DNA of 64,000 nucleotides from Octopus vulgaris (GCA_951406725.2 OX597820.1:108004001-108068000), one strand, 5' to 3'. Shown: positions 14,001 through 29,068, counted from the first letter of the stretch. Program-made: numbers and translations. Notes: a model not told the origin generated them from the letters alone.

Positions 14001-14650
14001 CATGATGGTTCTCTGGAGGACACTTGTCCTAAGCCACTTTGACTATTGCACTCAGTTATGGTCACCATCCAGTGTCAAGTTGATCACAGAGCTCGAGGCA
14101 ATCCAGCGTAGCTACACAAAGAAGATAGCCTCTATGCAGAATGTAAGCTACTGGGAAAGACTCAAGAGATTAAAACTATATTCCTTGGAACGTAGGCGGG
14201 AAAAGATATGCCATATTATACATCTGGAAGATCCTGGAGGGACGTGTACCAAACTTTGGCATCGAGAGTTACACAAATGCCAGAACTGGGCGCCACTGCG
14301 TGGTGCCTAGGACTCCAAATTTGCCATCAAGATGTAGGACAAGATACTGTGATAGCCTGGGCTTCCGAGGCCCACAGCTCTTCAATATCCTCCTGAAGAA
14401 CCTGAGAGACCTGCATGGGGTGGATGCAGATGTCTTTAAAATGGAACTGGATCTCTTCCTGCCAGGTGTCCCAGATGAACCAACTTCACGGCAGGAGGTG
14501 CAGATGAGGGCAGCTGCATCGAACTCTCTCATGCACCAAATGGCAGTTGCTACAAAGCTTTCGTGAAGTAAAACCAAGTAGCAACACCACATGGCGGTGC
14601 CCCAGCATGGCCACAGCTCATGAGCTGAAACTAGAATCAATCAATCAATC
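11083..14650 (+). mobile_element. Near full-length CR1/L2-group LINE, copy 2 (ORF1 remnant plus EN-RT ORF2), decayed
   Basis: LNIRGL, LTETHL, HGGVAMY, YRPP, GDFNLP, SDHN, YLDFAKAFDKVDH, GVPQG, YADD across ORFs 11408-14566. (aatc)n tail at 14635-14650. Confidence 0.93.
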
Positions 14651-15645
<995 letters not shown>

Positions 15646-15797
15646 TAAATAAATAAATATAAGAGAGTGGTCATTATATGGCTCACTCTAGCACCAGTTA
15701 ATCCAAAAGGTTTCAACCACAAAAATACATGTTTCCCATGAAAGTCAGTACGATTGTTAGCTCACACGGACAGGGCAAATAAAAAATAACAAAAATA

Positions 15798-15893
15798 CAG
15801 ATTATTTTGGGACAATTGTTTCGCTATTAATGAATTAAATGTAATTTTACTTACAAAAAAATCCACTTGTAGCTCGTCAGCCAAAACTATCTG
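15798..15893 (-). ncRNA. Type-I hammerhead ribozyme in a probable PLE-derived fragment (~15646-16020)
   Basis: Minus strand: cagatagttttgg CTGACGA gcta...tagc GAAAC AATT GTC^ ccaaaataatctg. Intact core, long stem I, GUC cleavage triplet, palindromic ACAATTGT stem III. Confidence 0.85.
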
Positions 15894-16255
15894 GATGAAA
15901 TCCACTCAATCACACGCCAGATTTTACCATAACGATAAATACGCGTGTGGTTCAATTGATTACATCCGACGTTATAATTCAAATGCCCCAACTAACAGCG
16001 CGCCAAACTTTTGGCGCGCATATATACATATATATATATACATATACATATATATATATACATATACATATATATATATACATATATATATACATATATA
16101 CATATATATACATATATATATATACGTATACATATATATATATACATATATATATACATATATATATATACATATATATATACATATATATACATATATA
16201 TATACATATATATATATACATATATATATATATACATATATATATATAAATACAC

Positions 16256-16286
<31 letters not shown>

Positions 16287-16289
16287 AAT

Positions 16290-16539
<250 letters not shown>

Positions 16540-16551
16540 ATACATATATAT

Positions 16552-17140
16552 AATATTACAATATATAATTAGGGCTTAGTAAAATAAATTACTTTGCCAC
16601 ATACTGAACTTAGTAGAAATAGCAGCCAAAAAAAAATTTTCTTAGCATTTCCACTACTTAAAGAAAATTTCTCTCAGATAATGTTTACTCCAGACATCTC
16701 ACGAAGGTTTGGGGGTAAATACAGAAAAATATCACAAGTACATAGATCGTTTCAGTACGTCAACGTTTCAAGATTAGCCAAATAAAATCAGCATTTCTTT
16801 CGTCAGCTCAAAATTTCTTAATTTGGATCTGTGGCTAATCTTGAAACGTTCACGTACTCAAACGATCTATGTACTTGTGATATTTTTCTGTATTTACCCC
16901 CAAACCTTCGTGAGATGTCTGGAGTAAACATTATCTGAAAGAAATTTTCTTTAAGTAGTGGAAATGCTAAGAAAATTTTTTTTGGCTGCTATTTCTACTA
17001 AGTTCAGTATGTGGCAAAGTAATTTATTTTACTAAGCCCTAATTATATATTGTAATATTTTGAATTCGCCTTAAATGGTCCTTTTACATACTGAACACTT
17101 GGTGAAATTGATTAATTAATTAATTTTACCCTCAATTGTT
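16552..17140. mobile_element. Fold-back PLE pseudo-LTR insertion (~229-bp inverted arms 16552-16780 / 16832-17059)
   Basis: The arms are near-perfect reverse complements with a 51-bp spacer, flanked by (TA)n. The terminal segment 17062-17131 resembles the reverse complement of 56671-56735. Confidence 0.8.
16751..16813 (-). ncRNA. Type-I hammerhead ribozyme
   Basis: Minus strand: tttgag CTGACGA aaga...tctt GAAACGT TG ACGTA^ ctgaaa. The opposite arm has ctcaaa at this place, which restores stem I. Confidence 0.75.
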
Positions 17141-17190
17141 AATACATATATAATACATATATATATATATATATATATATAATACATATA

Positions 17191-17230
<40 letters not shown>

Positions 17231-17350
17231 TAATACATATAATACATATATATATATATATATAATACATATAATACATATATATATATATATATATACA
17301 TATAATACATATATATATATATATAATACATATATATATATATATAATAC

Positions 17351-18480
<1,130 letters not shown>

Positions 18481-18492
18481 ATATATATATAT

Positions 18493-18578
<86 letters not shown>

Positions 18579-18581
<3 letters not shown>

Positions 18582-19092
18582 TCATCATCATCATCATCAT
18601 CATCATTTAACGTCCGCTTTCCATGCTAGCATGGGTTGGACGGTTCAACTGGGGTCTGGGGAGCCCGAAAGCTGCACCAGTCCAGTCAGATCTGGCAGTG
18701 TTTCTACAGCTGGATGCCCTTCCTAACGCCAACGACTCCGAGAGTGTAGTGGGTGATTTTATGTGCCACCGACACAGGTGCCAGACGAGGCTGGCAAACG
18801 GCCACGCTCGGATGGTGTTTTCTTATGTGCCACCGACACAGTTGCCAGACGAGGCTGGCAGACGGCCACGCTCGGATGGTGTTTTTATGTGCCACCGACA
18901 CAGGTGCCAGATGAGGCTGGCAAACGGCCACGATCGGATGGTGTTTGTTACGTGCCCACAGCACGGAGGCCAGTCGATGCGGTTCTGGCTACGGCCACAT
19001 TCGGATGGTTTTCTTGTGTGCCACGTGCCACCGGCACTGGTACCACAAAGATACAAATTCCATTGATGTTCATCTATTTTGATTTGTTTTGA
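18579..19092 (-). mobile_element. RTE 3' UTR copy, tail-to-tail with 17453-18480
   Basis: Reverse complement of ~17915-18480. Confidence 0.9.
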
Positions 19093-19130
19093 TTATATAT
19101 ATATATACAAATATATATATATATATATAT

Positions 19131-19571
19131 ATATTATTAGTGAATTGAAGAAATGGAGTTGAACGAAGATTGAACAGAAATCGTTTTATTGCATTCTACA
19201 CGTGTTTCGAAAGGTACAATTTACCAAATTCCGATTGAATAATGAGACCATATTGTGTCTTTCTCTTCGTTTGATTTGTTTTGCTCCGCCTCTGTTCTGT
19301 TTTTGTTTATTCCAACGGATTTCCTATTTCTTCCTGAAGAGAAAGACACAATATGGTCTCATTATTCAATCGGAATTTGGTAAATTGTGCCTTTCGAAAC
19401 ACGTGTAGAATGCAATAAAACGATTTCTGTTCAATCTTCGTTCAACTCCATTTCTTCAATTCACTAATAATATTAAAATTCAATTATCCGCACCAACGCA
19501 CGGTTGCAACACCAAGGTATCGGTTAAACTTTTGATCAATCTGCAACAAGATTATTCATCTTTCTATTTCA

Positions 19572-19575
<4 letters not shown>
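19131..19575. mobile_element. Fold-back PLE pseudo-LTR insertion (138-bp inverted arms 19131-19268 / 19336-19473)
   Basis: Near-perfect inverted repeat with a 67-bp spacer, set in (TA)n. Homologous to 56831-57035. Confidence 0.8.
19331..19410 (+). ncRNA. Type-I hammerhead ribozyme with extended stem II
   Basis: ttc CTGAAGA gaaagacacaat...attgtgcctttc GAAAC ACGT GTA^ gaa; palindromic ACACGTGT. Confidence 0.8.
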
Positions 19576-19634
<59 letters not shown>

Positions 19635-19647
19635 CATATATATATAC

Positions 19648-19812
<165 letters not shown>

Positions 19813-19871
19813 TATACATACATATATATACATATACATATAATGAATTATAGATACATATATATGCATAT

Positions 19872-19906
<35 letters not shown>

Positions 19907-19954
19907 CATATATATATGCATACACATATATATACATACATATATATATATGCA

Positions 19955-19985
<31 letters not shown>

Positions 19986-20082
19986 GCATATACATATATA
20001 CATGCATATGCATATATATATGCATATACATATATACATGCATATGCATATATATATACATACATATATGCATATATATATA

Positions 20083-20128
<46 letters not shown>

Positions 20129-20160
20129 CATATATATATATGTGCATATACATATATATA

Positions 20161-22070
20161 TTGAAAGCAGTGAAAAGTCCAGCCTGAAAATAAAACTGTT
20201 GCAAATTGAAAAATGTCTGCAACTCTCCCATGAAAAGGAAAGAGCAGACAAAGAAGCCTGGGCTATAGACAACATAAAATCTAACCCCAGAGCTTTCTAC
20301 AGGTATGCCAAAGAAACAGCTACGGTGCACTGTAGGATAGGGCCACTCCTTGAAAAGGATGGCACACTCACAGGAAATCCAATGAGGGTAAGTGAAATAC
20401 TGAATGAGCAATTCAAGAGTGTTTTCACTCCACCCCTTGGGCATTTCCAAATCACCAATACAACTGACTTCTTTACCACTGCAGATATAAAATCAGAGGC
20501 AGCGATGATAGATTACATCAATATAAAGGAAGACGATGTAACCAAGGCTATAGATGAAATGAAAACAGACTCAGCTACTGGCCCCGATAGTATGTAAGAG
20601 AGTCCTAGCTAGACCACTGCAGTTCCTCTTTCGGAGCTTCCTTGCAACTGGCAAACTTCCAAGAAAACTGAAAGAAGGTAAAATATGCCCCATTCATAAA
20701 GGAGGTAGCAGAGCGGAGGCCAAGAACTACAGACCTATCTCTCTGACCTCACACATCAGCAAGGTCATGGAACGAATAGTCAGAAGGAAACTGATCACCT
20801 TCCTTGAAGAAAATGACTTGCTGCCTGACACCCAACATGGTTTCCGACCAGGAAGAAGCTGCTTAACTCAGCTCCTACAACACTATGACTGGGTGCTGAA
20901 ATGACTGCTCAACCACTCAAATGTGGAAGTGATATATCTCGACTTTGCAAAGGCCTTTGTTAAAGTCGATCATGGAATGATATGTCACAAACAGCGTGAT
21001 CTTAGCATAGTTGGAAAACTGGGATAATGGCTTCATGACTTTCTGAAGGATAGAAGTCACTTCCATCAACACGCAAATAGTGAGTGGTGTTCCGCTGGGT
21101 ACTGTTTTGGGACCACTACTGTTCATAATGGCCCTCTCAGACATGCCCTCAGCCACGCAGAGAGCCACGATCACAAGTTATGCAGATGATACAAAAGTTT
21201 CACAGGCAATACAGAACCCTGAGGACACTAAACGCCTGCAATGTGAGCTAGACAAAATATACAAGTGGGCCGAAAAGAATAGCATGCAGTTCAATGCTGA
21301 AAAGTTTCAAGCTTTATGCTATCAGCATGCAAAACTAAATGTAATACCCAATGAATACACTGGACCCGGAGGAATTGCAATCCCAGAGGCACAATCAGTG
21401 CGTGACCTGAGTATTTACATGAGTGATGACACAACCTTTCGTGTACATATTGCTAAATTGGCAATGAAATGTAGACGACTGGCCGGATGGATTCTTAGAA
21501 CCTTTAGAACAAGAGAACAAGAAACCATGATGGTCCTCTGGAGGACACTTGTCCTAAGCCACTTTGACTATTGCTCTCAGCTATGGTCACCATCCAGTGT
21601 CAAGTTGATCACAGAACTTGAGGCAATCCAATGTAGCTACACGAAGAAGATAGCCTCTGTGCAGTATATAAGCTTCTCCCAAACTTTGGCATCAAGAGTT
21701 ACACAAATGCCAGAACTGGGCGTCACTGCGTGGTGCCAAGGACTCCAAATTTGCCATCAAAATGTAGGACAAGATACTGTGATAGCCTGGGCCTACAGCT
21801 CTTCAATATCCTCCCGAAGAACCTAAGAGACCTGCATGGGGTGGATGCAGATGTCTTTAAAATAAAACTGGATCTCTATTTGTCGGGTATCCCAGATGAA
21901 GCAACTTCATGGCAGGAGGTGCAGATGAGGGCAGATGCATCGAACTCTCTCATGCACCAAATGGCAGTTGCTAAAAAGCATTCGTGAAGTAAAACCATGT
22001 AGCAACACCAAATGGCGGTGCACCAGCATGGCCACAGCTCGTGAGCTGAAACTAGATAAAATAAATTAAA
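20161..22070 (+). mobile_element. 5'-truncated CR1/L2-group LINE, copy 3 (close relative of copy 2, with deletions)
   Basis: Near-identical to 12608-14640. ORF 21080-21826 has YADD. Same 3' tail. Confidence 0.92.
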
Positions 22071-22200
22071 ATATATACATACACATACATATATATGCAT
22101 ATACATATATATACATATATATATGCATATACATATATATATATAAATACATATATATATGCATATACATGTATATATATATACATACATATATATATTC

Positions 22201-22243
<43 letters not shown>

Positions 22244-22302
22244 TGCATATACATATATATATATCTATACATACATATATATGCATATACATATATATAT
22301 AT

Positions 22303-22744
22303 GCAGGAGTGGCTGTGTGGTAAGTAGCTTGCTAACCAACCACATGGTTCCGGGTTCAGTGCCACTGCGTGGCATCTATATATATATATGCATATACATA
22401 TATATATATGCACATACATATATATATATATGCAGGAGTGTCTTCTGCTATAATCCCGGGCCGACCAATGCCTTGTGAGTGGATTTGGTAGACGGAAACT
22501 GAAAGAAGCCCGTCGTATATATGTATATATATATATATGTGTGTGTTTGTCCCCCTAGCATTGCTTGACAACCGATGCTGGTGTGTTTATATTCCCGTCA
22601 CTTAGCGGTTCGACAAAAGAGACCGATAGAATAAGTACTGGGCTTACAAAGAATAAGTCCCGGGGTCGATTTGCTCGACTAAAGACGGTGCTCCACCATG
22701 GCCGCAGTCAAATGACTGAAACAAGTAAAAGAGTAAAAGAGTAA
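22303..22744 (+). mobile_element. tRNA-derived SINE with an internal (TA)n tract and a LINE-like 3' tail
   Basis: A-box tggctgtgtgg, B-box ggttcagtgcc, body gtgagtggatttggtagacggaaactgaaagaagcccgtcg, tail ...cagtcaaatgactgaaac(aagagta)n. Confidence 0.85.
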
Positions 22745-22865
22745 ATATATATGCATATACATATATACATATATATACATATATATATATATGCATATAC
22801 ATATATATATGCATATACATATATATATATGCATATACACATATATATATGCATATACACATATA

Positions 22866-22902
<37 letters not shown>

Positions 22903-23025
22903 GTACATATATACATATTATGTATATACATATACATATATATACCTATATATATATATACATATACATATATATATATGTATACGTAATACATGTCTAT
23001 GGTGTCTTTGGTGTGGTAACTCTGC

Positions 23026-23112
23026 GCGGCTGAAGATGGCTATTGACATACATGTTACAGCAATTACGCATTGATATAAACTGTCCAATAAAGACAGAAA
23101 CATATATACCGC
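23026..23112 (+). ncRNA. Type-I hammerhead ribozyme (decayed copy of the 28976 family)
   Basis: gcgg CTGAAGA ... GAAAC ATAT ATA ccgc; flanks homologous to 28945-29100. Confidence 0.65.
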
Positions 23113-23320
23113 TAAATCCTTTGCATCCTGTTTTTCTTTTGATAAATATACACGTATAAATACACACACATATATATATATATACATATACACATAGATA
23201 TACAAACACACACATATATATATACATATATACATATACATATATATACACACACACGCATATATATATATATACATACATATATATATATTATACATAT
23301 ATATATACATACATATACAT

Positions 23321-24163
23321 ACATCGTGACGCATATTTGCCATTTGAATATGGCTAACCCCAAAGGGTGGATGCTACTGTAGTTTGTAGCCCCAGGAAGA
23401 TACCTCCTCCAGCTGGCTGTAGACACACTTTCTGTGCCCTAACAGTATTTGTGAAGGGAAGTCATCCTTCCCGTCTTCAACTTATGATACACACGGACTC
23501 GAGTTTCAAAGTATTTACCTATCATCGGTGTATGACAATCATAGTTGTCGACAAGAATTCACTTTCCCTCACAAATACATATACTTGACACTGATATTGA
23601 AAAAGTGAAATCAAACAATGATAAATCTCAGAGCAAGTTATAAACAGTAGTGGTAACACATCGTGACGCATATTTGCCATTTAAATATGGATAACCCCAA
23701 AGGGTGGATGCTACTGTAGTTTGTAGCCCCAGGAAGATACCTCCTCCAGCTGGCAAATATGTGTCACGATGTGTTACCGGTACTGTTTATAACTCACTCT
23801 GAGATTTATCATTGTCTGATTTCACTTTTTCAATATCAGTGTCAATCGACACTGGAAAAAGTATATGTATTTGTGAGGGAAACTGAATTCTTGTCAACAA
23901 CTATGATTGTCACACGCCGATGATAGGTAAATACCTTGAAACTCGAGTCCATGTGTATCATAAGTTGAAGACGGGAAGGATGACTTCCCTTCACAAATAC
24001 TGATAGGTCACAGAAAGTGTGTCTATAGCCAGCTGGAGGAGGTATCTTCCTGGGGCTACAAACTACAGTAGCATCCATCCTTAGGGGTTAGCCATATTCA
24101 AATGGCAAATAAGCGTCACGATGTGTTACCGCTACTGTTTATAACTCGCTCTGAGATTTATCA
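23321..24163. mobile_element. Non-coding retrozyme-like element: ~1.3 tandem 337-bp units followed by ~1.2 inverted 352-bp units, one HHR per unit
   Basis: acatcgtgacgcatatttgcc recurs at 23321 and 23658. The inverted array runs 23751-24163. HHRs at 23490-23534 (-) and 23911-23955 (+): cacacg CCGATGA t aggta aa tacct t GAAAC TCGA GTC^ c(a/g)tgtg. Confidence 0.75.
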
Positions 24164-24178
24164 TCATACATATACATA

Positions 24179-24215
<37 letters not shown>

Positions 24216-24244
24216 TCATCATCATCATTTATATATACATATAC

Positions 24245-24284
<40 letters not shown>

Positions 24285-24444
24285 ATATATACATATATGT
24301 ATATATATATATACATATATATACATATATATACATATATATACATATATATACATATATATATATACATATACATATATATACATATACATATATATAC
24401 ATATATATACATATATATATATATACATATATATATATACATAT

Positions 24445-24653
24445 TAGAAAAATTGAGGTAATCAGATCAGATGGTTCATATTTGTAGATATTTATTTATA
24501 TATTACATTTTTTACATATATATCATATCATTCGGATTAGCGCTTGCTCCCATTCTAGTGGGTTTTCAAATCAAATCAGTTGTGGGTAGTTTGAACCTTT
24601 TTATAGTTTCGTAGTAGTGGGTGAGGAGGAAGTGAGACAGAGAGAAAATATGT

Positions 24654-24709
<56 letters not shown>

Positions 24710-27412
24710 GTGTGTGTGTGTGCGCATTTATATCTGAGAGTGAAGAAGTGTTATTTCCTGGTCTGCTGGACCCCCTGTGGTTTTATAAGAACTTTGGCTG
24801 TCCATTTCAATGTCACTGAGTGTGTGTTGTGCATAGGTTGGCCTGGCAAATGTCATTTGGGGTCACACTTTCTATGATCATTCTGTGGAGGTGTGTGTGT
24901 GTGTGTGTCTCTGTGTGTCTGTGTGTGTTTGTGTGTATGTGTGTGTGTGTGTGTATGTGTGTGTGTGTGTCTGTGTGTTTGGAGAAGGGGAGAGAGACAA
25001 AAAGAGAAAAGGGAAAATAAAAATAATAATAAAAATTAAAAATTAAAAAAATTAAAAAAATAAAATAAAATAAAAACAAAAAATAAAAAATAAAATAAAA
25101 AAATATAAAGAATAAATAAAAATATAAAGAATAAAAAATAAAAAAATAAAAATAAAAATAAAAATAAAAATAAGGGAGGAAGTGGAGAAGAAAAAATATT
25201 TTTGTGTGTTGATATTTATACCAACACATATATACACACACACAGACTTATACATAAAATATTTGAAAAAACCTTTTTATCGGTTCAAAATGAACAACCA
25301 AATTATACCATCTTGAAAGTTGTATGTCATAGGAAAGTTAAAATTAAAGTGACAATTAAAGGGTAAAGATGGAAGTGAATTATAAAGATAATAATATAAT
25401 ATGATGTATATAACAGGCAATACACACATCTACACACACACAGATTTTTCCTTCAATGTATGTTGAGTAAAGTTTCAGCCATTTAATTTGGGGGAGAACT
25501 TAGCTATGAAATGTTTTTCCATATTCCTCCTGAAGGGGGTGTCATTCTTCGGACACTTGTAGAAGGGAAATATCTTAAATTTTCCTTCTCCACATGTAGC
25601 TAGGTGTGTGCTTAGTGGTATTTTGCGTAGTTCTTCCTGCCGAATATGTTGTCGGTGGATCCTGGCTCGCTGGCACAAAGAATTACCAGTTTCTCCTACG
25701 TAATTCTCCTTGCATGTGGGGCAGGTTATGCAGTATATGACGTTCTGCGTCTTGCAGTTCATATCTGCATTTACTTTGAATATGACACCATTTTTAAATC
25801 TTATCTCTCTGTTGCTCTCTATGTATTTGTAGGTGGGGTTGCTGCAGGTCCCACATCTACCATCTCCGCACTCTTTTGCAAAGAATTCCGTTTTAGTTTC
25901 TGAAGAGAATTTCGCTCTTGTTAGGTGTTTTTTTAGGTTTTTGTCCTGTCGTCTACTGTTTTTTATGCTATATTTGTTTAATATGTTTTTCATTTTGGGG
26001 CTCTGTAAGGCTATTGGTAGGTTTGAATGTATGGTTTGGAAGATGTTGGTAACTCCAGGGTTGTGTGTGTTTATAAAAGGGATAGTGTTTTCTTTGTTTT
26101 TTGTTTTGGGTGTCCTGAGTTGTGTGATGTCTAGTTTTAATGCTCTTGTGATTCCATTTTCTATTAGTTTAAGGGGGTATTTTTGCTCTAGGAGGAAGCT
26201 TTTGAGTTCATCTAGTCTTATTAATCGTATTTGTGAATCAGTTACTATGCTACATATTCGTCGTGCCATACTATATGGGATGTTTCTTTTTGTGTGGGAT
26301 GGGTGGCAGGAGTGGAAATTTAAGTATTGATGTGTGTCAGTTTTTTTGTAGTGGATGTCTGTTGTGACGATGGAGTTGTGTATTTTGATGTTGATGTCTA
26401 GGAAGGGAAGTTCGTTGTGGCTGGTATCTATTGTGAAATTGATAGATGGGTGCAGCGTATTGAGGATGTTGTGGAATGTTTGTAGGTCCTCTTCTGATCT
26501 GTTCCAAAAGATGAAACAGTCATCGAGGTAGCGTTTCCACTTTTTCTTGATGTCTTCTCTGAAGTCGTGTTCGAAGACTTTCCCTATTTCGTCATATAGT
26601 TTTTTCTCCAGGAAGCCCATCACTAGGTTGGCATATGAAGGTGCGAATTTTGTACCCATAGCCGTGCCTTTTATCTGTCGGTATGTCTTGTTGTTGAATG
26701 AGAATGTGTTTTCTTCTAGTATTAGTTGGGTGGCTTGGGTGATAAAGTTTGTCTTGAAGCGTTCATCTATAAGTTCTCTGTATTTTTCTATTGATTGTTT
26801 TATAGCTTCTAGACCTAGGGTGTGTGGTATGTTTGTGTATAGATTTGTGACATCAAAGCTTGCAAGTATGGTGTTTTTCGGGACTGTATTTGGAATGTGT
26901 GTGAGGAAGTCTATGTCATCCCTTATGTAGCTTGGAATCTGTGGGCATAGAGGTTTGAGGAGTATATCTATGAAGTGGCTTAGTTGTTGTGTTGGTGCCT
27001 GGGGTCCTGCCACTATTGGTCTCATCGTGAGGTCTGCAGGTCTTTGTACTCTTATGTAGTGGTTCCTCTGTTCCTTTATGGCTCTCTGTATTTCCGAGCT
27101 TTTATGAATTTTAGGTAATCCATAAAAGTTGCTTTCTTTGGTTTGTGAGTTGCATAGATAATCTTCCTCCTTATCTGTAAAGGAGTCCTGATATTCATTG
27201 ACTAAAGTTCTAATTTTTCTTATTGTTGTTTTCTCCGGTGGTGTTGGTTCCTCTTTGTAATATGTCTGGTTGTTCAGTAACTCTAGTATCTCTTTTCTTT
27301 GTAGTAATCTGTGTCCATAATTACTATTGCTCCACCTTTGTCAGCTTCTTTTATAACGATTGATTTGTCATTTTTCAGTTTTTGTAGGGCTTGCTTTTCT
27401 TCTCTGCGGAAG
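24445..27412 (-). mobile_element. Penelope-like retroelement 1 (5'-truncated, long 3' UTR)
   Basis: RT plus GIY-YIG ORF. Upstream in-frame and frameshifted parts include [15 protein letters not shown]. Both ends abut (TA)n. Confidence 0.92.
25475..27025 (-). CDS. Penelope RT plus GIY-YIG endonuclease (partial, 516 aa open)
   Basis: RPIV, SFDVTNLYTNIP, GTAMGTKFAP, RYLDD, LPFLD, YLNFHSCHP, CGDGRCGTC, VIYCITCPTCKENYVGETG, R..QH. Confidence 0.9.
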   Translation of the reverse strand: MRPIVAGPQAPTQQLSHFIDILLKPLCPQIPSYIRDDIDFLTHIPNTVPKNTILASFDVTNLYTNIPHTLGLEAIKQSIEKYRELIDERFKTNFITQATQLILEENTFSFNNKTYRQIKGTAMGTKFAPSYANLVMGFLEKKLYDEIGKVFEHDFREDIKKKWKRYLDDCFIFWNRSEEDLQTFHNILNTLHPSINFTIDTSHNELPFLDINIKIHNSIVTTDIHYKKTDTHQYLNFHSCHPSHTKRNIPYSMARRICSIVTDSQIRLIRLDELKSFLLEQKYPLKLIENGITRALKLDITQLRTPKTKNKENTIPFINTHNPGVTNIFQTIHSNLPIALQSPKMKNILNKYSIKNSRRQDKNLKKHLTRAKFSSETKTEFFAKECGDGRCGTCSNPTYKYIESNREIRFKNGVIFKVNADMNCKTQNVIYCITCPTCKENYVGETGNSLCQRARIHRQHIRQEELRKIPLSTHLATCGEGKFKIFPFYKCPKNDTPFRRNMEKHFIAKFSPKLNG

Positions 27413-27457
27413 TATATATACACATATATATACATATATATATACATATATATATAC

Positions 27458-27557
<100 letters not shown>

Positions 27558-27608
27558 CATATATATATACATATATATAAATACATATATATATACATAT
27601 ATATATAC

Positions 27609-27737
<129 letters not shown>

Positions 27738-27992
27738 TATACATATATATACATATATATACATATATATATATATACATATATACATATATATACATAT
27801 ATACATATATATACATATATATATATATATACACATATATATATATTCACATATATATATATATATATACACATATATGTATATACACACACATATATAT
27901 ACATACACACATATATATATAAACGTATACATACACACATATATACATATATATATATATATACATATACACATACAGTATATATATATATT

Positions 27993-28331
27993 GCTTTGAC
28001 TTGACTGGCTTCTGTGTCAGTGGTACTTAAAAAGCACCATCCGAATGTGGCCGATGCCAGCGCCATCTTGACTGGCTTCCGTGCTGGTGGAACATAAAAA
28101 GCACCAACCGATCATGGCCGCTGCCAGATTCCCCAGGCACCTGTGACGGTGGCACGTAAAAAGTACCCACTACACTCACGGAGTGGTTGGCGTTAGGAAG
28201 GGCATCTACCTGTAGAAACACTGCCAGATCAGATTGGAGCCTGGTGCAGCCTCCTGGATTCACAGACCCCAGTCGAACCGTCCAACCCATGCTACCACGG
28301 AAAACAGACGTTAAACGATGATGATGATGAT
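27993..28331 (+). mobile_element. RTE 3' UTR fragment
   Basis: gagtggttggcgttaggaagggcatc...gacgttaaac(gat)n. Confidence 0.85.
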
Positions 28332-28369
28332 ATACATACATATATATGTACACATATATATATATACAC

Positions 28370-28400
<31 letters not shown>

Positions 28401-28975
28401 TATATACATATTTATATACATATATATATATACATATATATATACATATACATATATATATGTTTTTGTCTTTATTTTTCGCTTTTTATCTCTTTTTTTT
28501 TTCAGTTTTTATTTTTTTATTTTATTTTATCTTTTACCCTTTATTTCTTGTACCTTTTACACTTTCACAATACATTTCTAGAATTTATGACCCTACATGT
28601 GACGTCCTTTGTATCTTTATATACTTATTTCTTTACATCTTTACTTTTTTTATTATATTTTTTTTATTATATTTTATATTTATTATTACCCTTTACGATT
28701 GTGTTTAAATTTATATATATATATTTTTATCCCAACTTCATTAAAGCTTCACCCCCTCCCCTCCTCTCCTCTTTCACTCAACATCCAATTCCTTCCCCTA
28801 TATGAAGTAATCTACCCAGTATTCTCTCTTTACCGAGTGAAGAAAAGGTATGGACGATTTGTTTTGGAGTCTCGCAATACCATGTATGCCTATGAGGATT
28901 TACTTTCCCAATGAAACTCTGTTTTTTCTCAAACCTGTTATAATGTAATACATGTCTTTGGCGAGGCAATTGTAC

Positions 28976-29068
28976 GCGGCTGAAGAAGGCTTTTGATCTA
29001 TCTGTTGTATCAACTATGCATTGATATAAGAATTAGTTGTTCAATAAAGCCCGAAACATATGTACCAC
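28976..29068 (+). ncRNA. Type-I hammerhead ribozyme at the end of a probable PLE 3' UTR fragment (~28461-29100)
   Basis: gcgg CTGAAGA aggcttttga...tcaataaagccc GAAAC ATAT GTA^ ccac; palindromic ACATATGT. Confidence 0.75.

Noticed and set aside
23321-24163. Ribozymes in both polarities as a viroid-like ambisense genome
   Set aside because: The opposite-strand HHRs come from inversion of the same unit; I found no independent antisense ribozyme within a monomer.
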